The notes: generated by a model not told the origin, from the sequence alone. Shown: positions 26,741 through 41,523, numbered from the stretch's first letter. The stretch is 64,000 nucleotides of DNA from Octopus sinensis (GCF_006345805.1 NC_043009.1:38750001-38814000), one strand, 5' to 3'. Made by a program: numbers and translations.

Positions 26741-27183
26741 TAGGCGTAGGAGTGGCTGTGTGGTAAGTAGCTTGCTTACCAACCACGTGGTCCAGGGTTC
26801 AGTCCCACTGTGTGTCACCTTGGGCAAGTATCTTCTACTATAGCCTCGGGCCGACCAAAGCCTTGTGAGTGGATTTGGTAGACGGAAACTGGAAGAATCC
26901 CCTCGTATGCGTCATATATTATATATATATATATATATTATATATATATATATATAATATATGTATGTGTGTCTGTGTGTATACGTTTGTCCCACCCAGC
27001 ATCGCTCGACAACAGATGCTGGTGTGTTTACGTCCCTGTAACTTAGCAGTTCGGCAAAACAGACCGATAGAATAAGTACTAGGCTTACGAGGAGTAAGTC
27101 CTGGGTCGATTTGCTCGACTAAAGGCGGTGCTCCAGTATGGCCTCAGTCAAATGACTGAAACAAGTAAAAGAGTAAAAGAGTA
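26741..27183 (+). mobile_element. Group B SINE
   Basis: Near full-length match to 25682 and 59159. Confidence 0.92.
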
Positions 27184-27269
27184 ACCACTGAATATTGAAA
27201 GAACATATTGAAAGGATTCGACAGAATTGGTTTGGAAACGTATATAACACATAAACAGTCGAAGTATGT

Positions 27270-27690
27270 GTACAGAATTTTCCATTTTACAAGGAGATAA
27301 AGATGATTTCTCTTCTGGTATGCACAAGACATACGCACATAATTCTCATATTAACCATAACATAAATTCTAGCCAAAACCTAATCGAATAAATGTTGTAA
27401 ACCACTAAAATTCTGACGACGCTATTATTTAACTAAAACCTTGATCAAGATTCAATAAAATGTAAAGACTATATAAAATTACGTTTTGCCAGATGCTTAT
27501 TGTGAATTCGTGTGTTGAAATAGATATTGCTATATTTCGGGATGGCAATTTTTAATATTGACCAATAAACACACGCACAATATGCTCATTCTTCACTTTA
27601 GCTTTACTATTGTTCTTATTTATAGTGTATTTTGTGTGGAATCTTTCGTCACACGTTCTGTAACCTCTTCAGCTACTCTCTATCCTATGT
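27270..27690 (+). mobile_element. Possible Penelope-like remnant (GIY-YIG C-terminus-like) with an antisense HHR-like core
   Basis: NFPFYK (~27276) and HKF*PKPN (~27361) resemble the FPFYK..KFKP.LN ends of PLE ORFs; minus strand CTGAAGA g gttaca gaacg tgtgac GAAA at 27644-27672. Confidence 0.45.
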
Positions 27691-28544
27691 GCCTCCTCTT
27701 GTCCTGTTTACTCTATTCTGTCTTTCTAATATAGTGAGTGTGTTTATTTTGCACACCCCTCTCTACAAAAAATGACCACCCAGAAATATAACATTATATA
27801 AAACTTCACAAAATGTAAAGATAATAGGAGCAATAAACTAGGAGAGTTTGTATGAAAAGTGGAAAGCAACCTACATAATTAGGTGTATATGCAGGGGCAA
27901 CATCGACATTTTAGACAGCATAAAACTACACCAAAACTGGGAATGTACAAGCAGCTACATAAACATCACAGTGTTTATGTAAGTAAACACAGACATTCAT
28001 CATCAGCTGCCGTGCTGCATGTCATTGTGCTTTCGACACGTACCAGTACCATCCGATCCAACTGCATTCCCAACATAAAAATATCCAAACGCAGTTGGGA
28101 AACACAAGACTTTACAAACCAAAAATGATACAAGCACGCATAAAATGCAAAACTAAACACAATAAACTCATCACACACAAACGCTTGGTATAGAACATAG
28201 CTGCCAAAATACATAAAACATTATCTACCTTTACAAACCAACTTCTACATAAAAAAGTAAAACGTATGTAAACACCCTTATCCCCAAATGATTAATACTT
28301 AAAACTCGCTTTGATAAATGAATAAACATTAATGTTCAATTAACTAAATTATAATTGACATGATATAATCAGACTTCATATTTGTGTATATTATTAGACC
28401 TATGAATTAATGATTACTAAACAGACATAGATTAAATGAAATTATATACACCATGCGTGTTTACTTATATGTATGTTTTCGTTATGTATGTATGTATGTA
28501 TGTATGTATGAATACGTGCATGTATGTATTTATGTATGTATGTA

Positions 28545-28587
<43 letters not shown>

Positions 28588-28596
28588 TTCTGTCTG

Positions 28597-28656
<60 letters not shown>

Positions 28657-29629
28657 GCTCTCTCTCTCTCACTCTCTCTCTCTCTCTATCTATTGTTATT
28701 GACTCTGAAAAAGTGGGTGAAAATAGCGCATTATTCATTTAGCAGTAATGTTTAAATGTCTTGGTGGAAATTGTTGTAAGCCCTCGAATAAATTTACTCG
28801 TGCACATACACGCGCACACACGCACACACGCCCGCGCGCGCACACGCAAATGCACAAAAGAATGACGCTTGCACACACATGTGCGAGCCGGTGAGTGTAT
28901 AGTATTCCGACCTTTGAAGCATTCTTATGCACCAACAAATCTGAAACGGCTAAACTTTCGCGAATGTTAACCGTCATTTTTTCTCATTCGTTAATCTAGA
29001 ATACGGAATCATGTTTCTTCTCAGTAACATAAGAGATGGGCCGTCTGTCTGTCTTTGTCCCTGTCCCTGTGTCTCTTTTTCTCTCTCGGAATCCTTCCTA
29101 ACTTAGGCCTACATGCTACGGAGCTAATTTGATTGGTCTTGTTAGACCAAACGAAACATACCAGCTGTTACACATGGTTGTTCTCTTCGCCTTCTTTCAG
29201 CTAAGTTTGTCTTAAAAACCATTGATGAAGCAGCATCATTCTGCTTCAGTGTTCACTCTATAGATAGATGTCGGTGTGCTTCCTAGATGTTTGTAATTAT
29301 CTGAATACACAATGTCTAAAGTGATCTGCAAGTTTGATATCTCAAACCTTTTCAATTCCCCTCCACAACAAATTACTCATGTGCCATTCTTTGTGAATTA
29401 CGTGTCGTTCAAATAAAAGACTAAATATAGTGATCTTCTTGTAGTAAAAGAAAATAGTAGTCCTTTGGCTGCTATTTCTAAACTTTTCGGTATGTGGTTA
29501 AGCAACTTGTTGCAAATAACCCTTATTGTTATAATTATATAAGTTTTTACCGAATATGGTCCTTTTCTATACCGAAATACTACTTGGTGAAATTTGTTGA
29601 TTTTATTAAATTAATTATATTTCACCCTA

Positions 29630-29708
<79 letters not shown>

Positions 29709-29863
29709 GTATCTATCTATGTATCTATCTATGTATCTATGTATGTATGTATGTATGTATGTATGTATGTATGTATGTATGTATCTATCTATCTATCTAT
29801 ATATATATATATATATATAAATATATATATATGTATGTATGTGTGTGTGTGTGTATGTATACG

Positions 29864-29897
<34 letters not shown>

Positions 29898-29908
29898 ATA
29901 TATATATA

Positions 29909-30185
29909 GGAGCACTGCATTGGTTACGATGACGTAAGTCCCAGCTGATACGATCAACGAGACAGCTTATTCATGAAATTAATGTGCAAGTAGCTGAGTA
30001 CTCCACAGACACGTGTACCCTTAGCGTAGTTTCCAGGTAGATTCGCCGTGACACAGAGTGTGACAAGACTGGCCCTTTGAAATACAGGTACAACACATTT
30101 TTGCTGGTTAAGTGGACTGGAGCAATGTGAAACAAGTGTCTTGCTCAAGGACACCATGCGTCGCCGGGAATTGAACTCACGACCA
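29909..30185 (-). mobile_element. Group A SINE, third tail variant (5'-truncated)
   Basis: Homologous to 55544-55868 and 63657-64000. Confidence 0.85.
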
Positions 30186-30296
30186 TTTTTTCCTCTAAAT
30201 GTTCTCTCCCCTACGTTACTCATAATTTTGACTTTATTTTTCTTTTCAGTTATACATAACTCCTTTCGATAATATTAAGTATAACTTTTCTATACC

Positions 30297-30530
30297 TATT
30301 TCTTTACTGCCCACAAGGGGCTACACACAGAGGGGACAAACAAGGACAAACAAACGGATTGAGTCGATTATACCGACCCCAGTGCGTAACTGGTACTTAA
30401 TTTATTGACCCCGAAAGGATGAAAGGCAAAGTCGACCTCGGCGGAATTTGAACTCAGAACGTAGCGGCAGACGTAATACCGCTTAGCATTTCGCCCGGTG
30501 GGCTAACGTTTCTGCCAGTTTGCCGCCTTC
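30297..30530 (-). mobile_element. Group C SINE
   Basis: Full length; 17-bp TSD tataacttttctatacc at 30280 and 30531. Confidence 0.93.
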
Positions 30531-31182
30531 TATAACTTTTCTATACCGCTCCATAGATGATTATATATGTTTTAGCAGTGGATAATGTAAGTAAATTTCC
30601 CCCTCATCTTCATATTTTTATTTTTATTTTTTATTTTCTCATTATGAATTTTTAAATTTTCATTTCATTCACTGTCATTTAGTATCTACTTCCTAAAATA
30701 TCCTTCTTCAATTTTAATTACATTCCGCAATATTACACTTATTTTCTTCTATTAAAATTAGACATATTATTTGCATATAGCATTTTAATTATAAATTTTA
30801 CATCTCATAAACCATTCATGATTACTATTAAACACTTTTTTCTAATTAATTACTTAGCCGTATTGATTATTGACGATTAAATATGAATTGTAATCCCCAG
30901 TATTTCAAAATTCCGGACTTCCTTATTTGGGTAGTCCTTTTCCTGTAATAAACAACCCCATCAAGGTTTTACTTCATATATGGGAGTTTTAAGTTAGCTC
31001 CTTTATACTTGTCTATAGAGAGCATGTTACCCTAATTAGTATTATATACATCAACACCTAAGCGTTATCCCTTAGTCTTGTTTTAAATAAGCTTGACTCT
31101 AAGAACAGTAACACATTACAAAAATTAAGAACAGCTTACCTATGAAATTCTAACGTCTTTTTAGCTTTTTTCATATTTTCAG

Positions 31183-31258
31183 CTACCGATGAGTACTTTT
31201 TGACAACTCAGATTCTTAAAATGAATTTATTGTCTTTCTGTATGAAACGATTGTATAG
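31183..31258 (+). ncRNA. Hammerhead-like motif with a long extended stem II
   Basis: cta CCGATGA gtac..gacaa..gattc ttaaaat gaatt..ttgtc..gtat GAAA cg at tg TA tag. Confidence 0.6.
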
Positions 31259-31458
31259 ATACATTTATAAAACAAAAAAATTATCATCCATATCAACATC
31301 TAATCTTCTCCATTTACGTAAAATATGATTGAGTTTGTTGAACTTTATTTATTTAATAACTTAAATCATATACTTAATACACACACACACACACACACAA
31401 ATTATATAAATACGTATATGAGTGAATATATACCCACGAATGTGTTTGTGTGCGTGTG

Positions 31459-31526
<68 letters not shown>

Positions 31527-31749
31527 AATATATATATATATATATATATTGATTTTTTTTCATAAAGTTTGTCTATATTATACTGAGCTTCCGTAATGAG
31601 TTTCAGTAATTAGGTGACAGGTAATTAACAAAACTTGTTCCTTTTATATCTTATTATTACGACTTTCCAACTATCCTTGAAGAATTTGCTTTTGTTTTCT
31701 TTTCATTCCAGGTCACATCGCGGTCACGAAATAAACAGACCACCAGAAA

Positions 31750-33930
31750 CTGGCAACGAAAATGAGTCTCCTGAAGATAACGTTTTTTTTTTTGAAAAAA
31801 GTATTACAATGAATTTTCTTAAAAACCTGAAGACAACAAAAGTTAAAATAAAAGAAAGAAGTTTTGATTTTGCAAATATTTTACGTTTTTCAAGGTTTTA
31901 TTTTTTTAAACTACAAAAATGACGACCTTAGAATGGCTGAAAGAATATTTGGACAAATAATTTCGGATTATCTCACAGAGAAGGCAAAGTTTCCAGCATT
32001 TTGCCATGGAAAATATCGTTAGAAAGATTTTGTGAAGGATATAATGGAAACGTAGGACAAAATTACTAAAAAAGAAATAAAATTAAAATATTTTTGCAAT
32101 GGAACTGATGGTAAAATGTTTAAATTAGCTAGTGCTTTGATGATGCCAAAGATTACAGTAAATGTAAAATATTTTTGAAGTTATGAGAAAATTGACTAGA
32201 CATCTCGAGTGGGAGAGAAATCGTGTGATGTAGAAATATAATTTTTACAGTTGCTATCAAAAGAATGAAATGAGTAATACCACTTTTGTGGCAGAATTAA
32301 AACAGAAATCAGTAGACTGTGGTTTCAGAGATAGAGATTTTATGATCAGAGCCAGATTGATTATGGATACATGTATGAAAAAAAAAATGTTCAACAAGAA
32401 TTTTTTTTTCTTTTTGAGGGAAACAGACACAACACTTAAATGGCAGCATAGAAAATCGCTTTGGAAATTGAGAGGTGTTTGTCATAAAGGTCGTCTTTCT
32501 CTTACATGAAATGCTGCGCAAAGGTGCCACTTCATGAGCGAAGCTAATTCCTTCCTCCTCATTATTATGTTACTCTGCATGGATGATGGATTAGCTGAGT
32601 CGTTAAAGCATCGATGTTTCTCTCAAATCTTTGCATTCCCAGTTCAAATCCAAGCACCGTCAACTCTGTCCATCATACTTTCGGCATCATTTAAAAAAAA
32701 CCTAATTATATGTGGGGCTCGATATAATCAGTTAAATCTTCGTTTAATACTCCTAGACTTGTGCCTATGTTAAAGATTAAAACGGTGGCGCGTTGGCTGA
32801 GTACTTTGAGGATCAAAATAAATGGCTTGCATTTGTCCCGGGTTTTACGTTGTGGGTTCAACACCACTGTGATCAACCTTGTCTTTCAATCCTTCGGCGA
32901 CCATACATTATTTAATCAGTCAAGTATTAAGCTCAGTCAAATTCATTAATCACCTCCACTCAAAAGTGCTGACTTTGTACCAAAATGAGAAATTATTTTA
33001 TTATTTAAACTCCATGGGTAGCGGATTACCAGAATCGCTAGACCGTCATACAAACTGCCTTGCAGCATACTTTGAAATCTTTATTGTTCCAGTTCAAAGC
33101 CCGCAGTGGTCAACGTTCACTGGGGTCAATAAAATAAAGTATCAGCCAAGCACTGACGTCGATGTGATCGACGAATACCTCCAGTCAAGACCTGCAGGTC
33201 CCGTTCCTAAATAAGTAATTATTATTAAAGATGGTACACTTGCAGAATCGTCAGAGCCTTCGAAAAATTCTTTGCGGTATTTACACCGGTTCTTCGTATT
33301 TGAAGTTAAAATCCTGCCTGGTTAATCTTTTCCTTTACTCGCGGTCGATAAAATAATGTCCTTCTCAATAACTGGATTGAAGGTATGGACTAACTAATTG
33401 AAGGTATGGCTCCTTTCAAAATTTTTGGTCGTTTATCTAATTTAGAGACAGTTATCTTTAAGGGTGTGATTTACCAGACTCGTTTGAGCTTCGGTCAAAA
33501 TATCTTGCGTTATTTGTTCCACCTCTACATTATTCTACTTAAATTAAAAGCAATTGCTTTAATATATCTTTCTAGATTGCACTGCGACCAAGACATTTGC
33601 ACAGAATACATAATTTTACTTACTGACCTTGCATCGTTATCTTGGTTGCGTTAAAGTATAAATATCTTCAAAATCATTCTTCAATGGATCGTATCCGGAA
33701 CCTTATTATAGCGAAAAGACAAGCCTGTGTGAAACTCTTTTTAAATATTATTTAGAATTTGTGGTGATTTAAATGCAAGCACTAAACTTTGCTGGTATTT
33801 CTGTTTATTTAGATAAGGCCTGGTGAATAACGGCTTGGCCATCTATCTAATTTCAACCTATTGACAGAATTACTTCGCATCGGACTATAGATGAATGACA
33901 CCAGATGTGAATTTTGTGTCATTAACCACG
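31750..33930 (+). pseudogene. Decayed Ty3/gypsy LTR retrotransposon (gag and RT remnants) interrupted by a SINE array
   Basis: PBS-like tggcaacga at 31751; gag-like KYNFYSCYQKNEMSNTTFVAELKQKSVDCGFRDRDFMIRARLI; RT-like RICGDL (33754), GISVYLDK (33794) and GL*MNDTRCEF. Confidence 0.7.
32575..33540 (+). repeat. Old head-to-tail array of about five group C-related SINEs (~220 bp each)
   Basis: Recurring agaatcgtt-like head, gttcaaatcc B box and gtcgataaaataa motif in units starting near 32580, 32783, 33015, 33228 and 33460. Confidence 0.65.
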
Positions 33931-34479
33931 GTTTCAACGATCTGAAAGAACATAGTAGAGATATCCAGATATTACTGATAGAAACGTCAATAATTGAACG
34001 CCAGAACACATATCCCATTGCTTCTCAGAAATAGCATTAACCATCTTTTGCATTCGAGTGACTATCTCGACAAAGATACAAAATTTACGAAGTCTGTATA
34101 AAAATATTGATGACAAAACAGCATTAAGTATTTTTTTTTTAATATTCTTAAAAATTTGTCGGTTGATGCCAAAATTGATTTATCTTTCAAGAAGCAGTCC
34201 TACTTTAACGTTTATCGATCTTTTAATTGATTTTGCTAGTGAAACAAAAACTAGACACAGCATCTTACGTTGATTCGTCAAATCTTGTCTCGATTTAAAA
34301 TTACTTTGCTATTGCGTAATCGCTGTTTGGGTCTCAGTAGCTGTAAAAAACTTTCATTTTGTTTTGTTTTATGGCATCCCCCCCCCATATATCTTGGTTT
34401 CTAAAGAACGGCATTTTTTGTTTCGGCCAAATTCTATTGGCCAGAGTAGCCTCATCTGAACAAGGAGCAACCTTCTTGT

Positions 34480-35040
34480 AAACCAAAGCAAATGTAATGC
34501 CGGCAGACGCAGACATTATATAAACGAAGGGCAGACAATTCTGAACGAAGATACTTTCAAATAAAAGAGGCAAAAAATGGATGCTGTTTCTATAATTAAA
34601 AATTGACAGTTTGTTCTTAGCCTCGTTGTTGTTAACCAACTGGATTGACCAATGACGTCCGTAGCAAATATTATTTTATTGTTAAGGTGGTTTTAACAGA
34701 GTAGACAATTCTGAACAAAGAAATAATTTCAAATAAAGTAAGACGAGGGAAGTGGGTTTATATTTCATAAGATATTAACCTATCGGTTTGTAAATTAGCC
34801 TTGCAGTGCACAAATGCAGCTGAATGGATCAATGCCGATGGTTGCAAAGATAATATTACTCTTGCTGTGGCTTTAACAGGGGAGACAATCAGAACTAAAA
34901 GATACATTCGAATTAGCCGAAGTAAAGAAACTGGTTTGCTGTTTTCTATGATATAAACCTAAAAGTTTAATTCTAGCTGACATCTGCGTAAATGGATCAA
35001 TGACGTCAATGGCAAACGTTATTTTACTAAACGTCGATGA
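34480..35040. repeat. Degenerate ~170-180-bp tandem repeat (about 3 units)
   Basis: agacaattctgaac-like at ~34533/34703/34883 and tggatcaatgacgtc-like at ~34641/34825/34993. Confidence 0.65.
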
Positions 35041-36320
35041 ATTACAAATAGCAGATACAGTAATAATGGATCCTGATATTTGTGACTCATGCAAATATCG
35101 TTGTGTAAGCTGTATGAATTTCTCGGGTAACATGAACACTTATACAACGTAGCCCCGATAGGTTACTGTGACATTCGAGATAACAGGATAATGAAACGGT
35201 CATTTGACTAAATCAATATCTCATCTCTTAGGAATTGTTTTGGCTCTTAAAAATGGCAGAAGACAGATGAGAAGATTTTATATCCTTGGAATAGTGAACA
35301 CTGTCTACTTTGGGGATGCTATCAAGGTGGATTCTTTTGTCACAAGTCATGCCCTAACCTGCACTATTTTTCGGATTCTGCCTCCTTATCAGCAAATATA
35401 AAATATCAAATATATGTCATCTACAAATTTAAAATTACGTGCTATTTATTTTGACAGTAATAATGTTTGTCTCCTTTGTCAGGTTGGTTTTTATCTGACT
35501 TTTGGGTTAAACCGAAGAATGGCGAAATGGAATATGGCTTCATGAAAAAAATCTCACGAGCTCTTGCACAAAACATCTCTTCTGTCAGCAACTATTTAAA
35601 TGCACACAGACACACTCATACACATGTAAATATGAGCATCTATTTATGTATGTATGTGTGTATGTATGTATGTATTCATACACAAGCATATATATATATG
35701 TATATGTATACACACACAAACACACATACGCACACACAGAAACACACATACGCACACACACAAACACACATACGCACACACGAGTGTATGTGTGTACATA
35801 ATCATATATTGTACATGTATATGGTATGTGATTTAAATGGCGTTTTTTTCATACATAATATAGGCATCACATATACATATACAACATACATAACCCCAAA
35901 GATGTAAATATATGCAAACACACATCTACACGCACCTACGCACACACACATCCGCGCGCACACGCACACACATGCACGCGTATCAATCTTACAAGGAAAA
36001 GATTGAGAAGTACTTCGAAGTCATTGTCAGTCTTTTGACAGCTTACCTCCGTCATCATTCTCTCTCATGACAGCGAGCATACCGAAGCATTGAAGTCACT
36101 GTCAACTTTTTCCATGTAAAGATTAATACACACACACATACATACTTATACACACACACACACATACATACATACGTACAAATATACATACATACATACA
36201 TACATACATACAAACATACAAACATACATACATATATACATAAATATATACATACATACATACACACATACATACATACATACACACATAAATACATTCA
36301 TACATGCATATATACATACA

Positions 36321-36356
<36 letters not shown>

Positions 36357-37169
36357 CATACATACATACATACACACACATAATACAAACATACATACAT
36401 ACATACATACATACATACATACATAATACATACATACATACATATATATATATGTTTGTATGTGTGTGTGTGTTATTTTATCAGTGTGTGTGTATGTGTG
36501 TGTGTGTGTGTGTGTATACGTGTGTGCGTCTACGAGGAGTAAATGTATGTGTATACGTCGTGCATAAAATATGTGTGAAAAAAGATATTTACATATCTTA
36601 AAAAGGAATATTATGAATATTGTTTTTACACACTTCGACTGTTTCCATTTATGTTTTAATGTAGATTTGCAAAACAGGTTTTTTTTTCTCCTTTTAAACT
36701 GTTTTTCTTATTCTTAATTGAAACAGCTATTTAAAAGAAATGTTGTTTGAAAATGTTTAGTGGTTTAATAAACAGAATATAGAAGTACGTATGTACAAAT
36801 TACTAATTTGTATGTGTACATGCATAAACACATATATACACACATACGAATGTATTATGTACATCGGTTCAACAAAAAGTGGCCAATAGAAACAGTATCA
36901 GGGTTGAAAGGCCATAAATAAAAACTGGTATCGAATTGTTTGCCTCACCCTATCCACGATTTGCTCCAGCAGAGCCACAGTTCACATTCTGAAACAAGTA
37001 ATAGATATACACACAAGTAACAGATGTATAGAAGTAATAGATATACATACAAATATACATGCATATATGTGTGTGTTTGTAAGTATGCGTGCGTGCACTG
37101 TGTTTGTATTTGTATGTGTGTGTGTGTGTGTAAACACGAATTTGCATGCATATATTTCTTTGTTCTCTT

Positions 37170-37822
37170 TCTATAATTGTTTTAATTATTGGATTGTGGC
37201 CATATTGAGCACCCGCTGTAAAAGATTAATCTGTCTAATCAGCTGTAGTATTTTTGTTTTGCGTCTGTTACTTATTCCGTCGTTCTCTTTTGCAAAACTA
37301 CTAGATAACCAGCCAAAACTGGCAAGTGGTGTGGGAAAAAACACAAAATCTTGCACCACACAGACATACACACACACCGTACACGCCCATACTCGCATAG
37401 ACACACTGGCATACACACACCTATATACACACACTTTCACCCAGATACACACACACATATATATGCGTAAGCGACGGGTACTCCAACAGTTTGCGTCCGG
37501 CATTGTTCGGACCAGGGCTATATATTTCTTTACTACCCACAAGGGGTTAAACACAGAGGGGACAAACAAGGACAGACAAACGGATTAAGTCGATTACATC
37601 AACCCCAGTGCGTAACTGGTACTTAATTTATCGACCCCGAAAGGATGAAAGGCAAAGTTGACCTCGGCGGAATTTGAACCCAGAACGTAACGGCAGACGA
37701 AATACGGCTACGCATTTCGCCCGGTGTGCTAACGTTTCTGCCAGCTCGTCGGACCAGGGCTATAGCAAAGATGGCTGCCCAAATGTGCGCAGAGTAGGAC
37801 TGAACCCGAAACTACATGGCTG
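37170..37822 (-). mobile_element. Old group B SINE with a younger group C SINE (37523-37750) nested inside
   Basis: 16-bp TSD tcggaccagggctata at 37507 and 37749. Confidence 0.85.
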
Positions 37823-39508
37823 CGTCTTTGTATATTAGAAGCGTTTGTGTATTCCTTATGAACTGTCAGCCTTCCAGGGCAATGAGAAGGTAAATGATTG
37901 CTGTACTTTCGCACAATCAGTAAGCATAGAGATGCGTAAATACTTACAGTACACCATTGATCTTTATTTGGCAACGATTCTTCATAATGCTACTAAAGCG
38001 AACCAGTATGGCTGGAACTGTCTGATTGTTGATACTCCATTAATAACAGGAAAGCTACAGCAGAGGTTGACAAATTTCTTTCCCGCTTTCTGAAAATGTT
38101 ATTATCTAACAACATGAACACTTGTAGAAACACAGAGAAAATTATGAGCTTATTTTGATTCCCTGTCCACCTATGTCGATGGAAATTACTGAAATATAAA
38201 TAATGACTGGCATAGTTAAATAGAGAGGCAAATATTTAATCATAGCTTCAAAATGTACGATGACCTAACGTTTCTTTACTTTCTAAAAATGGCGTCAGAC
38301 TTTTACTCTTTTTTTTTTACTTCTTGTATTTGTGCTGTCAATGACAACTGCACTGGAATGCTTACTAAACCTGGGAATCAAAGGCGTAGGTATTTGTCAA
38401 GCATTATTCTAATACAAGGACTGTGTCTTTTTATATGTGTAGTTAGCAGGTAAGTTCTTGTCATACGATTTGAAAAATGAAAGAGGTTATGCCTTCTTGC
38501 AACGAGAAATAGATATTTGTAACATATATAAAAGTTTTGAAACATTACAAGCATTCGACTGCGTGCGCCTATATATAATCACGTATGTATGTACGCTCGC
38601 ACATACACACACAAATATATAAAGGTATGCAGCAATAGAAATATTAATCATAATTTTCTTTTGGAATTTGAATGAGACAATAGGAAGGCTACCTAAAGAG
38701 TTGGTATATATATTTACTCTATATTAGCGGGTTTCAATGTCATACACAAGCATATACATACCTACAAACACACATACACATATATAGAGGCATAAATATA
38801 CGTACATACACATGTACACACACACAGATAAATAGATAGATGTGTACGTATGTACGTACATATATATATATAGCGAGTTTCTACAAAGATTGCATCTTCT
38901 AATTCCATGGAAATATATTCGTAGATCTGACAATATAGTTCAAATGGTCGAAGCCAGTTGTAGGACGTTCCATGGAATAAGATCAGGCCAGATACATGGC
39001 GTTGGGTAGAGAGCACCTGACCACATAGAAATAATTGATTTTTATTTCCTTAAAGAATTATAACATGACTTATGCAAAGGAGGGAGGGCTGCTCTTCAAA
39101 CCCAGGCGTCAGAAATAGGGAAGATATAATATCATTGACTTCACATAAATGCTTGCAGCAGAATGATCTGTAAAGATGGCAACACAGTACCAGTTACTCA
39201 TCGTAGAACTTAGCGATTACAACCTTGAGCAGTACGAGTTTAAATATGGATGCAATACATGTGCACATAAAGGTAGCGAGTTGGCAGATTCTTTAGAACG
39301 CCAGTTAAAATACTTAACGGCATGCCTTCCGTCTTTACGCTCCGAGTTGAAATTCCGCCTTGGGCAACTTTGAAACCAGTATATGTGTACATAATAAATC
39401 CATAAAAGAAAAAAGACGAAGAAACAAACACACAAAGAAAAAACGTAACAACGCGAGGACATGATACATGTAAAGTATTAGCAGACGCTCAGGGAAGGAA
39501 AAAAGATG

Positions 39509-39543
39509 GTTTAACGTTTCGAGCAACGCTCTTCTTCAGAAAC
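39509..39543 (-). ncRNA. Minimal (dimer-type) hammerhead motif with an intact core, within a Penelope-like fragment (~39400-39580)
   Basis: gttt CTGAAGA a gagc gtt gctc GAAA CG TT aaac; stem III reduced to the palindrome ACGU. Confidence 0.75.
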
Positions 39544-39679
39544 AATGGAAAGTCCAATAGAAAGGAAGACGGAGAAAGAAGATCGCCAACGATTCATGTG
39601 GTTACATTTTGAAATGACTGGAAGGGAATGGGTGAATAAAAAAGTTCTTTCAAAGACAGGGGAGTGTAATAGAAGGAGG

Positions 39680-40890
39680 TATGTGTGTGTAAGTGCGTGC
39701 GCGCAAGTTTGCATGTGTGTAATAGTACGTGTGTGTGCGTATGTTTGTATGTGTTGTGTGTGTGGTATTGGCTGTTTATATGTGTGAGGGAACTTTGCGT
39801 CTCTTAATGCTTTAGAAAGAATATAGCAACATGGTAACAGGGAGGCGGTGCTTTGTGTAGTTGTGTGCTTCTTCACATGTGCGTAGAGGAATGGTCAGTA
39901 GAAAGGTGTTTGACTGGCAGTTTGAGGTATGTGTGTGCGTGTGTATGTATGTGTTGTGTGTATAGTGTGAGTATGTGTGTGTGTATGTGTGTATGTATAT
40001 GCGTGTTTGTATGTGTGTGTACATGCGAGTGTGTATGTGTGTGCGCGGATGGTTGTGTATGGGGTTGTGTGTGTGTGTGTGAAGCATATGTGCGTTCTTG
40101 TGTGAGTGCGTGCGTGCGTGTGCGTGCGTGCGTGTGCGTGCGTGCATGTGTGTGCGTGTATGTGCGTGTGTGTATATGCCCATGTATGTGTAATTGTGTA
40201 ATTATGTGCATGTATGTATGAGTGTGTCGTGAGTGTGTGAGCTATGTGTGGGTCTGCGTGCGTATGTATGTGTGTGCGTGCGTATATGTGTGTGCGCGTG
40301 TGATTTTGCGTGTGTCTATGTGCGCATGTACATGTGTGTATGTGTATGCGTGTGTATATGTGTGTGTACGTGTGCATATGTGTGTGTGAACGTAGGATTG
40401 TGTGTGTGGAGGTATATGTGCGTTCTTGTGCATGTACGCGCGTGCATGAGTGTATGGGCATGTGCGTGTAGATCTGTCTGCGTGTATGTATGTGTGTATG
40501 TGTGTGTGCGTGGGGTTGTGCGTGTTAGGTATGTGTGCATACCTGTGCGTATGTGCGCGTGAGTGTGTGTCTATGTGCATGTGTTTATGTGCGTGTGTGT
40601 GTACGTGTGTGTGTGTTTGCGGATGTATGTGTGCGTGTTATGTGGTGTGGTGTGTGGGAAGGTATATGTGAGGTATATGTGCATTGATGTGTGTGCACGT
40701 GGGTGTATGTGTATATCTGCGTATGTGTGCATGTGTGTGCGCGTATAAGTGTGTGAGTATGTCAGTATATATGTGTGAGTATATATATATATATACATAG
40801 ATATATGCGTATATATATATATATATATATACGTGTGTGCGCGTGTGTGTGGGCGCATGTGCGTGCGAGCGCGCGTGTATGTGTATATAT
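39680..40890. repeat. Long cryptic (GT)n-like low-complexity tract
   Basis: Source of the Cys/Val and His/Thr ORFs. Confidence 0.9.
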
Positions 40891-41300
40891 AGGCGCAGGC
40901 TTGGTTGTGTTGTAAGAAGCTTGCTTGCCAACCGCATTCTCCCGGGTTCAGTCACACTGCGGGGCACCTTGGGCAAGTGTTCTCTTTTATAGCCTCGGGC
41001 CGACCAAAACCTTGTGAGTAGATTTAGTAGATGGAAACTGAAGGAATCCCGTCGTAAATATATAGATCTCTGCAAATGTATGCATCTTTCTTCGTGTCTT
41101 TATTCGTCCCTCACCCACCACTCGACAATCGGTGTTGGTGTGTTTACCTCTCCATAACTTAGCGGTTCGGCAAGAGAGAATAATAGAATAAGTACCAGGC
41201 TTAAAAATTTGTACTGGAGTCGATTACTTCGACTAAAATTCTTCAAGACGGCGCTCCAGCGTAGCCGCAGTCAAAAATGATTGAAACAAGTAAAAAAAAA
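40891..41300 (+). mobile_element. Group B SINE
   Basis: Homology to 59159. Confidence 0.88.
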
Positions 41301-41460
41301 AAAAAGAATTCATATATATACATATATACGCACACGAAAATATATACCTTCATATATATATATATATAAAGTTAATTCAAACAAGAAAACACAAAAAAAA
41401 CACAGCAACGCGAGGACGTGGAACAAATAAAGTATTATTGGACGCTCAGGAAAGAAGGGA

Positions 41461-41523
<63 letters not shown>

